From an uncultured delta proteobacterium (GTDB taxonomy: Bacteria > Desulfobacterota > BSN033 > UBA1163), in NCBI GenBank assembly GCA_963731045.1, contig CAVSVC010000022.1:2113-66112 (forward strand): 64,000 nt of DNA, given 5' to 3'. A model generated the notes under the pieces. That model was given only the letters and a program-made list of their open reading frames with translations, was not told the DNA's origin and made no database searches. The translations under genes were made by a program, and so were the position numbers. Position 1 is the first letter of the stretch. Every line of letters starts with the position of its first letter. Shown in pieces: positions 29,991 to 38,619 of the stretch.

Positions 29991-30709
29991 TACACGCCGA
30001 AGTAGGCCTTTCTCACCTGATCTTCCTCCCGGAGGTCCGAGGAGACGCCGCTCAGAACAACACGCCCGGTTTCAAGGATGTAGGCCCTATCGGCCTCCTG
30101 AAGGGTTCTCCGAACGTTCTGCTCTACAAAGAGGATCGTAATCCCTCTCTCCCGGATTTCCTTCAGCGCCCGAAACAGCTCGTTAATCACGATCGGAGCC
30201 AGGCCGAGAGACATCTCGTCAATGAGCATCATCTTCGGATCGGCCATCAGTCCTCTGCCGATCACGAGCATCTGCTGTTCTCCTCCGCTGAGCGTCTTTG
30301 CGGTCTGTTTCCGCCTCTCTTTCAGGAGCGGGAAGTGTTCGTAGACCTTCTCCAGGTTCTCTTCCTTCTTGCTTCGTGCCTTCCGGTTGTAGGACCCGAT
30401 GATGAGATTGTCCAAAACCGTTACATCCGGGAAGATCCGCCTTCCCTCCGGAATCTGCGTGATCCCGTTTTCCACAATCTCGTAGGGGTCCATCCGGGTA
30501 ATCTCCCGCCCGTCGAATTCAATGGTTCCTTTAGCAGGGTGGAGTAACCCCGAGATCGTATCGAGAAGGGTTGATTTTCCTGAGGTGTTGGCCCCGATCA
30601 GTGCCAGCATCTCCCCTTCCATTACTCGGAGCGATACATCCCAGAGTGCCTGAAAGGTGCCGTGGAAGACATCGATGTGATTCACAAGGAGAATGGGTTG
30701 CTGCGACAT
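29990..30709 (-). CDS. livF: ABC transporter ATPase (LivF family)
   Basis: Intact 239-aa ORF with GANTSGKST, LSGGEQQML and MLIDEMS. Confidence 0.9.
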   Translation of the reverse strand: MSQQPILLVNHIDVFHGTFQALWDVSLRVMEGEMLALIGANTSGKSTLLDTISGLLHPAKGTIEFDGREITRMDPYEIVENGITQIPEGRRIFPDVTVLDNLIIGSYNRKARSKKEENLEKVYEHFPLLKERRKQTAKTLSGGEQQMLVIGRGLMADPKMMLIDEMSLGLAPIVINELFRALKEIRERGITILFVEQNVRRTLQEADRAYILETGRVVLSGVSSDLREEDQVRKAYFGV

Positions 30710-30722
30710 TTTTCCCTATCAC

Positions 30723-31469
30723 TCAGGCCCCGAAGTAGGCATCGATCACCCTGCTGTCATTCATGATGGCCGTCGGCTCGCCTTCGGCGATCTTCATCCC
30801 TTTGTCGATGACGACGATCCGATCGACGGCGTTGACCATCACTTTCATGACGTGTTCGACAAGGATCATGGTGATCCCCATCTTTCTAATCTCTTTGATC
30901 GTCGCAAGGATTCTGGGGATCTCGATCTCAGTAGACCCTGCCGCCACTTCGTCGAGCAGCAGCAACTCGGGTTTTCGTGCAAGGGCTCTTGCGAGTTCGA
31001 GTTTCTTCAGGGATAAGATCGGAAGATTCCCGGCAAGGGTATCCTTCTTCTCGGAGAGATTGACCAGGTCAAAGATCTTTTCGTCTTCCAGGTCAGCCGC
31101 AGTCCTCCTCAATTGTCTCCCGAATACTGCGGAAACCAGCAGATTCTCGCGTACGGAGAGCGTCACAAAGGGCTGCGGGATCTGATAGGTCCTGGCAATG
31201 CCGAGATGGCAGACTTCGTGGACTGCACAGCGTGTGATATTACGTCCTTGAAACGTAACGGTCCCGTTGTCCGGAGTGTACTCACCGGCGATAATGTTGA
31301 GCAGAGTCGTCTTCCCCGCGCCGTTGGGTCCCATCAACCCGATGACTTCGCCGGGATAAACATCAAAACCGACGTTTTTCAACGCCACCAGGCCCCCGAA
31401 GCGTTTCGTAATACCCTTCACGCTCAGAATCGGCTCGCCCATCTTCTCCTTTGAACGTTCAGCACTCAT
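30723..31469 (-). CDS. livG: ABC transporter ATPase (LivG family)
   Basis: Intact 248-aa ORF with GPNGAGKTT, LKKLELARALA and LLLDEVAAG. An alternative start is Met10 at 31442. Confidence 0.9.
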   Translation of the reverse strand: MSAERSKEKMGEPILSVKGITKRFGGLVALKNVGFDVYPGEVIGLMGPNGAGKTTLLNIIAGEYTPDNGTVTFQGRNITRCAVHEVCHLGIARTYQIPQPFVTLSVRENLLVSAVFGRQLRRTAADLEDEKIFDLVNLSEKKDTLAGNLPILSLKKLELARALARKPELLLLDEVAAGSTEIEIPRILATIKEIRKMGITMILVEHVMKVMVNAVDRIVVIDKGMKIAEGEPTAIMNDSRVIDAYFGA

Positions 31470-31513
31470 GAAGTTATGAAGTTGGGAGTTGGAGTTAGGA
31501 GGTTAGGAAGTTA
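31470..31513. repeat. Heptamer-periodic degenerate tandem repeat (gaagtta tgaagtt gggagtt ggagtta ggaggtta ggaagtta)
   Basis: Read directly from the sequence. It fills the grdA-livG spacer. Purine-rich 7-periodicity continues to about 31600 across the grdA 3' end. Confidence 0.55.
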
Positions 31514-31584
31514 AGCTTCAATAAGTTCGAATGCATCTCATCTCTCATCCTCTGAGCCTTCATCTTCTAAGCTTCTCATCTTCG

Positions 31585-32073
31585 TTATCTTCTTTTCCTT
31601 GAGCCTTCAGCCTTCGCTTTCCTTGCCCGCACCCTGGTAAGCGTCTCAGAGATCTTATCCACATCCAGGGCGATCTCCATAAGCTTCAGATGCTCCTCAT
31701 AGCATGCAGGGTCGATCTGGGCCTTCATCTCAGGCTCGATGATGTGATATACCGGGAGCCCCAGTGCGACTCCGGCCAGCGGTCCTGCCCAGGTCGGGTC
31801 TCCATTCGTTACCGTCTCAGCATAGAGCTCGGCGCTATCGGCATCCGGAGCCCCGAGGACAACGATGAGATCTTCCTTGCCGTACTGCTCTGCGACCTTC
31901 TTGATGCTTTCCTGACCTTCCAGGTCAAGGGCGCCTGCCGCAGTTCAGACAAAACACTGTGTCTGTACCAGCAGAGGCTCGGCTCCCGCACTCTGAACAC
32001 AGGCCGCGATCGCCGGTCCCTGAATCCCATCCCGTTCCCCCAGGATGATCACTTTCTTCCCTTTCAGTTTCAT
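31585..32073 (-). CDS. grdA: Glycine/sarcosine/betaine reductase complex selenoprotein A (GrdA), with in-frame UGA = Sec43
   Basis: Absent from the ORF track because it is split by TGA at 31945-31947. GGGAGG precedes ATG 32073. My translation is [101 protein letters not shown].., 162 codons ending at TAA 31585-31587. CFVUTAAGA is the GrdA active-site signature. Confidence 0.85.
31911..31929 (-). promoter_or_regulatory. Candidate SECIS hairpin for grdA
   Basis: The mRNA reads C-U-UGACCU-GGA-AGGUCA-G-G, an 8-bp stem including one G.U pair, starting 15 nt 3' of the UGA. Confidence 0.35.
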
Positions 32074-32181
32074 TGCCCATCCTCCCGTCTCAGACCCATT
32101 CCAACGTCCAGTTCCCGGGGACTTAAACGGATTCGATTTCCCTTTAGGTCGTGGGAGCTACTCTGGAATTTGGTGCTTTTC

Positions 32182-32511
32182 TTATTGCCCAACAATTTCT
32201 TTGATCGCTTCTTCAATATCCTTCTTGGTAAGCTGTTCGCCGGACAGACGCTTGACCTCAACCCCATTTCTGTAGAAGAGAAAGGAAGGGAGACCCAGGA
32301 CCCGCAGCTTTGCACAGAGCATGCGGTTCCCCGCAGCGGCATTCAGCTTTGTGACCTTGATTTTACCGGAGTACTCCTGCTCAAGGTGCTCAATGCTCGG
32401 CATCAGGGCCAGGCATGGAGCGCACTGGGGGCCCCAGAAATCTACAAGAACAGGCAGTTCCGATTGGAGAACTTCCGTTTCATAGTTGTCTTTATGAACG
32501 TCCACAGCCAT
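32182..32511 (-). CDS. trx: Thioredoxin with a CAPC redox motif
   Basis: Intact 109-aa ORF with VLVDFWGPQCAPCLALMP...LGLPSFLFYRNG. The ATG overlaps the grdC stop as TAATG. Confidence 0.9.
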   Translation of the reverse strand: MAVDVHKDNYETEVLQSELPVLVDFWGPQCAPCLALMPSIEHLEQEYSGKIKVTKLNAAAGNRMLCAKLRVLGLPSFLFYRNGVEVKRLSGEQLTKKDIEEAIKEIVGQ

Positions 32512-33992
32512 TATTCGTTACCCCCCTCGTTCTTTTCGAGCAAGATCGATATTCCGTCGGAAAGCTGCGTCAACCGTCCGAGAAAGAGGCTCCCCTTGGC
32601 CAGAAGCATCGTATTTCTCAGCTTTCCCGACTTGATATTCCGGATGGCATGACCGAGATACGGTATGGCCGAAGCAATATGCCCCTGGGTTGGAGAAAAA
32701 CCGGGCATCCCGTGGGTCTTCACAAACTGGTCCAGCTCGCTCTTCTGAATCTCATTTCGCAGGACGGCAAAGCTGCCGATCGTCCGGTAATTCGTGCGGG
32801 GAACATTTCCACTCCCCTGCGGCTCCGTCACTTCCGGATTGTGCATCTCTGTCGCATATTTATCGATCTGGGTCAGCTTAAGTCCAAGCCGGTCGAGGGG
32901 CTCGACGACCAGCTTCTCGAGGATCGCCTGCTGAGCGGAGCCTGAGCTGATTTCATGTTTTCCAATAGAATCCAGACGGATGACCGGGCTTCTTCCGTCA
33001 TCCTGAGTCACCCAGACAGCGATTCCCGCCAGAAGATCCTCCAGGACCGGCATATCATGCCGAACGTGCCCCTGGAATTTCATCCCCAACTTCGCCAGGG
33101 ATCCCCCCGCCACCATCACCACGTTGCTGAAAACGCCGGAGGAGACCAATCCCGCCGCCATCATCAGGGCGTGAACAGGCGCGCAGCAGAAGGCCTTGAC
33201 GTCGGAACCCGTCGCCCGGGTGCAACCGCACAGCTGCCCGATTGCCTTGGCCAGGTTTCCTCCTCCGCGGTTATAACGGTCTCCGATGGCTTCCTCTCCA
33301 TACCCGATGAGATAATCGATATCTTTTGCCGAACCGGTCTTTGAAATGAGGTTTCGCAATGCCATCACCCCGGAGGCTCTTGAGGATAGATTTTCGAGCA
33401 TGATGGAGGGAATAAGGTTTTCATCCTCCTCGGCGCCATCCCCCTGCGGTCTCTTCACGCATCCTACGAGGCGGTTCCCCTGGACATAGAGGGGCAGGAC
33501 ATCTCCTTGCTCCAGCTTCTTTTCCAGCCCCTCTTTGGAAACGCCTTTGCCGAGTTTCTGAATATCCTCCTCCACAAAAAGCGGGTGAACCCTGAGCATG
33601 GCCACCACACCGTCCAGAAAACTCTCCTCGAGTGTGATCAGGCCGAACTCATCACAGAGCTTCAACACCCCGTAGAACTCCTCCTCCGGCATGATCTCCC
33701 CGAACTCGCCCCACCGCGAAGCATTCGGAACAGGATTCCGATACCACGGAGAAGGCGTGTTCCACAATTCGTCGGGATCAAGATTTCCAATGAAAACCTG
33801 ATTCGGCGGATAAGGAACGGCCTGCTCGAAAGGTCTTAAATGGTTGAGGATCGGCTGCAGTTGTGATGGATCATGTCTGATCTCCCGAGAGGGCTTTGAC
33901 CCGTACCGGATCAGGCTCGGCACGTGGGCAAGAAAATAAGAAACCCCTGTAATGACCGGGAGCATCCGTTTATCCGACGAACGATGGGACAT
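32511..33992 (-). CDS. grdC: Glycine/sarcosine/betaine reductase component C beta subunit (GrdC)
   Basis: Intact 493-aa ORF with blocks I recognise from clostridial GrdC: VPYPPNQVFIGNL.PDEL, RLVGCVKR, NRGGGNLAKAIG, ATGSDVKAFCCAPVHAL, EMHNPEVTEPQGSGNVPRTNY, AKGSLFLGRLTQLSDGISI. Confidence 0.85.
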   Translation of the reverse strand: MSHRSSDKRMLPVITGVSYFLAHVPSLIRYGSKPSREIRHDPSQLQPILNHLRPFEQAVPYPPNQVFIGNLDPDELWNTPSPWYRNPVPNASRWGEFGEIMPEEEFYGVLKLCDEFGLITLEESFLDGVVAMLRVHPLFVEEDIQKLGKGVSKEGLEKKLEQGDVLPLYVQGNRLVGCVKRPQGDGAEEDENLIPSIMLENLSSRASGVMALRNLISKTGSAKDIDYLIGYGEEAIGDRYNRGGGNLAKAIGQLCGCTRATGSDVKAFCCAPVHALMMAAGLVSSGVFSNVVMVAGGSLAKLGMKFQGHVRHDMPVLEDLLAGIAVWVTQDDGRSPVIRLDSIGKHEISSGSAQQAILEKLVVEPLDRLGLKLTQIDKYATEMHNPEVTEPQGSGNVPRTNYRTIGSFAVLRNEIQKSELDQFVKTHGMPGFSPTQGHIASAIPYLGHAIRNIKSGKLRNTMLLAKGSLFLGRLTQLSDGISILLEKNEGGNE

Positions 33993-34010
33993 AAGACGGC
34001 AATTCCTTTC

Positions 34011-34166
34011 TTCAACGATTATTGAGTCAATGAGTTATTGAGTGATATTAAGTGAATGAAAACCCTTATTGACTCTCATTAACTCGATATGGGAATTCAA
34101 TTACCTCATTAACTCTATTCATCTAGTTCATGGATGTCCTTCTTCTGATCACTGATCACTGGTTAC
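34011..34166. repeat. Intergenic block of heptamer-periodic repeats with dyad symmetry (attgagt caatgag ttattga.. / ..ctcattaactc.. / tctgatc actgatc actggtt actgatc)
   Basis: Read directly from the sequence. It fills most of the 193-bp spacer between the grdB-like gene and grdC. Confidence 0.55.
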
Positions 34167-34185
34167 TGATCACTCGTTTTTGCCT

Positions 34186-35487
34186 TTAGCACAGGATCCT
34201 CTGTTCCTCGATCTCGGTCTGCAGGGCTTTCAACGCCTTTTCAACAATCGAACGGCGCAGCTTCTTCTCTTCCGGTCCGGGAAGATCTGCATTGCCCAGC
34301 GGATTGACGATCTTCTGGCCGGGAAGAATCCTCATGGAACCCACCATCTGGGCAACGGGGGTGATCGCACAGAGGTGAACGGTGGGAATCCCGACCCTCT
34401 CTATCTCCTTTGTGAGCGTTGCACCGCAACGCGTGCTCGTCCCTCAGGTGGAGGTCAGGATCACCCCGGAAACTCCATCCGCCTTCAACTCCCCGGCAAT
34501 CCGTTCTCCCAGTTTTCTCATGACCTCTACGATATTCGCAACACCTGTTGTGCTGTAAAACCTGTCATGGAGCTTCCCGATCAGCCCTTCCCGTTCGAGA
34601 TCCCTGAGAACGTCCACAGGGACCAACCGGTTCGGGTCCTGCCTCACGAAGATCGAGTCATAGCCTTCATGACTGACTTCATAATCTTCGGGATGGAGTC
34701 TTTCGACATCCTTAATATCATATCTCCCAAAACGCGTTGCCGTCCGGATCTCAATCCTGTCCGGATTCCCTTTCGGAACCAGCCCGCCATCCGTCACCAG
34801 CGCAATCTTCGCCTTCCCGATCTCTTTGATGGCCGGGGCCGGCTTCACCCGGTCGTACGTGGGCCGAGGGACTTCGGATTCATACGGCTCTCCCCGCAGT
34901 TTGCACAGCAGCAGGTCCAGAACGCGTTCCGCCCCTGTTCTGTCTGAGATTTCATTCACCAGCAACCCACGGGGGAAGTATCCCTCTTCAGAAGGTTTTC
35001 CTATCCTCTCTTTGGCCACAAGCTTCCGGACAAGGGCCACGATCTTGCCGACAGCCTCAGCCATTCCCCTCGCGGAGTCCACGGTTTGAATAATATAGAC
35101 CTCGTTCCGGTACATGTCGACGCTGGGGTTTTCCTGATACATTCCGGTGACGGCCGGGATTCCCAGTTGCTCCTGGACGATCTTGCAAACGGCGCCGCAG
35201 GCGATGCCGTATCGTCCCGCGTTAAAGGCCGGTCCCGCAATGACGACGTCGGGCCCATAGGAATCAATCATGCTTCTTACTTCCGCCGAGGCCCCTTCAA
35301 TATTTTCCGCAAAATAGTTGTCGCCGCAGATCACGGTAGCCACCACCTGTCCTTCTTTTCCCAAGGCGGCCTGGATAGCTCTGCCCGGCCCCACGGCTCC
35401 TTCGGTCACCCGGGGAGGCAGGTGCGCCTTATCTTCTCCGCCAATCCCGCCGAAAAACTGATTGACATAATGGACCACTCTGATCAT
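34186..35487 (-). CDS. Selenoprotein B family reductase subunit (GrdB/GrdF/GrdH-like), with in-frame UGA = Sec348
   Basis: Track ORF 34444..35487 (MIRVVHYVNQFFGGIGGEDKA...GVILTST) stops at TGA. The same frame continues GTSTRCGATLTKEIERVGIPTVHLC...QRILC to TAA 34186-34188, giving 433 codons. Confidence 0.85.
34416..34432 (-). promoter_or_regulatory. SECIS-like stem-loop for the grdB-like gene
   Basis: The mRNA reads GCGUUGC-GGU-GCAACGC, a perfect 7-bp stem with a GGU loop (17 nt). It begins exactly 11 nt after the UGA at 34446-34444. Confidence 0.55.
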
Positions 35488-35611
35488 TTAAACTCTCCTG
35501 ATCTCCACCCCCATCCCGACTGAGGGCACTAAGCGATGCGTTGCCGATTCACTTCCGATTTTGTTCTAACGCTATGCCCTATGCCCATGTTGCGCTATGC
35601 GGGTTTTCCCA

Positions 35612-36914
35612 TCAATACCGGACTGCCTTCAGTTTTGAACTCCCGAGCTGGCACTGTGAACCCTTAATCCAGCGGATGGACCTCATCATCTCGCCGTCAA
35701 CCGGCGCCCCCTCCTGCGACGGATCGGGTCTTCCGATGATCCTGTCCACAGCAGGCAGCAGCACATCCATGAAAGGGACCCCCATGCTCACGATGGCATC
35801 CACTTCCGGCATGCTGAAGATCGTGGTGGCCCCGAATTTCGCATCGCTGATATCCGCCCCCATGTGGAGCATGGCAATGGCCGTTTTGATCCCGAGCTGT
35901 TCACAACGCTGGGCAGTCCTTGCCATGGTCAGTTCAGGGGCGCCCCCTCCCGTCTTCGTCAGGACCGCACCCTCTGCGCCGACAACGTATCCGGCCAGAT
36001 TTGCCGAGATGTTCGAAACCCGCTCAATGTCCGCCACATTGTTCGGTGCAAGGGTAATGATCACCCCCGCAAAACGAAAGTTCTCTTCCATGTCTTCTGT
36101 AGAGTTCTCTGATGATCGGGTGATTCTGGATCTGATAGGTTTGCACGTTCAACGCCGGCAGGGCGGATGTGATTGCCCCATCCAATACCTCGTTGGGATG
36201 AACCAGGGTGGGAACCATATCCGGGACATTCCTACCGTACAGCACAGGCTCTCCCGGGATGGGTTCGAATTGCAGGGTCTGAATCTGAAAGATGTAGACG
36301 ATCCGGGGAAGCTTTCCGGAAACCTCCACACTCGCCGTCAGCGGAAGAAGCTCAAACACCTCGGTCTCATCAGGCGTAACGCCCTTCCCCGCCTTTGCAA
36401 GATAGGCGGATGCCTTCAGTCCGGCGACCTTCATCGCAGCCATGTATTCCTGCGTGGTCACACCCTGTGAAGGAGTTCCCAGCAGAACAATATTCCGGGT
36501 CTTTCCAAAGGTGCTCACCTCCGCGCCCGGACCGGACATATCGATGATCTCCCCGTTAGGGTATGAACTCGTGCTGCCTTCACGCCTCTCCCGGTAGTCG
36601 CTCAAGACGACGGCAGTTCCCTTTAAGACACACGTGCTTCCTGTGCCCGCGGCTGCCTGCCCTCCTACGGCCCCGGGAAAATCCTGATCTCCGTTGCTTG
36701 TTTTTGCTCTTGGTTCGATCACATCCAGCACCTTCAGGATGCGACATTTCTCCCCGGGCTGAGCCAGATCAATCTCAATGGATTGAAGCCTCTGATCCTC
36801 CAGCAGGAGGTTCTGAAGCTCACTGCGGTTGATAGATAAGACCCCGTCGCTAACGGCAGTTCTGTCTCCGAATCGAATCCCTCGAATCTTCAGAATATTC
36901 AGTTCAAGTCTCAT
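35612..36914 (-). pseudogene. GrdE/GrdG/GrdI-like substrate-binding proprotein of reductase component B, one frameshift
   Basis: Track ORF 36024..36977 (from Met22: MRLELNILKIRGIRFGDRT..IDLAQPGEKCRILKVLDVIEPRAK..HPNEVLDGAITS..HPIIRELYRRHG) joins ORF 35612..36091 (NFRFAGVIITLAPNNVADIERVSN..GAEGAVLTKTGGGAPE..) at about 36080. Confidence 0.8.
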
Positions 36915-37092
36915 CCAATGATGCCTTTCGAAGAGAAGGTTTCGTCCAACGGCCATGGGACGACACCCGTCACTCATTCGGTTAGGTCTTTCGGTTCCAA
37001 AAGCTCACGTTGCCGTTTCCGCCAAACGAAACGGGCTCCGTAGCCATAGCCCTAACCGCCCCCTGGGGGCCGGCGCCCCCGGGGGAGAAGTC

Positions 37093-38436
37093 TCATTCAT
37101 ACGGAATGGGAAAGATGAACTGGGCTTCCGGCTTGACGAAGCTGTGCTTGGAGCTGACGATTCTCAATTCCCACTTGTGCGGTTTGTCCACCTTTCGCCA
37201 CTGACCGAAGCTCAGCGGGATGAGGTTGAACTGGTTCGAGTCAAATTTCACCCGCGCGTTGATCGTCATGAGGTCCGTGCTTTCCAGGGCTTTGTTCACC
37301 CCGTCGGTGCTGAGTGTCCCTGCCCTCTCAATCGCATCCGCCAGCACCTGGATCACATAATACCCCAGACCGATATTGTCGTTCAAGGTCTGGCCGGTAT
37401 CCTTGGTCCACTTCTCCGCCAGGGATTGAGCCGTCGTGCTCCCGACGCCCTTCGTCACAAAAGACGGGTTCCACTTGATCTCCAGACCGATGCCCAGCGG
37501 GAGGTCCCCTCCCCAGGACGCGACATCGATGTAATTTGCAGGGGCTTTCCCGCAGAAGACGGCCTTGGGTTTGAAGCCGAGTGAGCGGGCCTGTTTCCAG
37601 AGGGCCCCGAACTGCGGGGCAGCACAGTTCCCCCAGAGCACCTCCACCCCGTCCGCCTTCCACTTCGAAATGATGGAGGAGAAGTCCGTCGTCTCTCCCG
37701 GGAAGAGGCCCAGTTTCTGTTCGATACCGGAAACAAAGTAGCCTTTCTCTTTCAGGGCCGTCGGGAAGAGCGAATACCAGGCCACACCATCCGGATCATT
37801 CGAAGAAAAGACGCCCACTTTCTTGTTGGTCTTATCGGCGATCTGGTCCAGGGTGGGCAGCCAGGTGTCCAGGATCGTAAACCCCGGCTGTTTATACCGG
37901 AAATCCCCGGGTTGTGCGCCGGCGGCAATCGAAAAACCGAAAGCCCAGGTGTTCTTCCAACCCGGCGATGCATTCTTCCGCATGGCCAGCCAGGGTTCCA
38001 GAACCGCGGCGTGGGCAAGGTGAACCACGTTGTATCTCTGGGCCATGGTGGCTGCCAGGCTGTGCATCGGGGGAGGTTCATTTCCGGTAACCAGGAAATT
38101 GACCTTCTGCCCCACGATCATCTGTTCAGCAAGGGCCCCGGCCTTCTGGGGGTTGCTCTCCGTATTCGCGAAGGTGATCTCGAGGGGGATCTTTCTACCG
38201 AACTCCTTGACCATCACTCCGCCCTGTTTGTTGATATCTTCCACCGCTGTTTTCGCACCCCACGATTGCCCCTGGCCAAACCCTGCAAACATCCCGGTCA
38301 GGGATGCGGGCGAACCGATCAGGATCTTGTCAGGCCCCTTTCCGGTTGACTGCGCCGACACCTGTCCTCCGAGCATCAATCCCAACATGAGGACGACCGA
38401 TAGAAGAACGACCCTTCTTTTCTCCATCTTTTTCAT
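37093..38436 (-). CDS. Liv-type ABC substrate-binding protein (orphan, next to the Grd genes)
   Basis: Intact 447-aa ORF. The signal is MKKMEKRRVVLLSVVLMLGLMLGGQVSA. A type I PBP-like body follows (ILIGSPASLTGMFAGFGQG..AVEDINKQGG). Confidence 0.85.
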   Translation of the reverse strand: MKKMEKRRVVLLSVVLMLGLMLGGQVSAQSTGKGPDKILIGSPASLTGMFAGFGQGQSWGAKTAVEDINKQGGVMVKEFGRKIPLEITFANTESNPQKAGALAEQMIVGQKVNFLVTGNEPPPMHSLAATMAQRYNVVHLAHAAVLEPWLAMRKNASPGWKNTWAFGFSIAAGAQPGDFRYKQPGFTILDTWLPTLDQIADKTNKKVGVFSSNDPDGVAWYSLFPTALKEKGYFVSGIEQKLGLFPGETTDFSSIISKWKADGVEVLWGNCAAPQFGALWKQARSLGFKPKAVFCGKAPANYIDVASWGGDLPLGIGLEIKWNPSFVTKGVGSTTAQSLAEKWTKDTGQTLNDNIGLGYYVIQVLADAIERAGTLSTDGVNKALESTDLMTINARVKFDSNQFNLIPLSFGQWRKVDKPHKWELRIVSSKHSFVKPEAQFIFPIPYE

Positions 38437-38619
38437 ACCTCCTTTTGTAGAATCATCGGGATTGCATTCGTTAGGATCTCACAAGTTATATGGCACCGAT
38501 CGTATCCTCTACTCGTTCGAAAAAGGAAGTTCGTCTACCGTCAGGGTTAAGAGCTTCTGGCTCTACCTCGGGCAGGTGCATCGGCACGTTGTACCCTTCG
38601 GCAGGGGCACCTCTTTCTT

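Noticed and set aside
29950-30141. Small ORFs starting inside the 148-bp repeat: 29950..30141, 53292..53567, 53604..53870, 57938..58219, and the first 28 codons of 58136..58510.
   Set aside because: Their recurring peptides (MGVFQQPA, LLKNAQMQGARNPE) come from translating the repeat itself. They overlap real genes in other frames or are antisense. They were treated as artefacts of the repeat.
31690-32652. A 320-aa plus-strand ORF spanning the grdA/trx region, and the similar antisense ORFs 34180..34947, 35541..36470, 40872..41954, 49969..51042 and 54073..54891.
   Set aside because: Each lies opposite a gene with clear family motifs. None has motifs, a credible RBS, or a sensible start.
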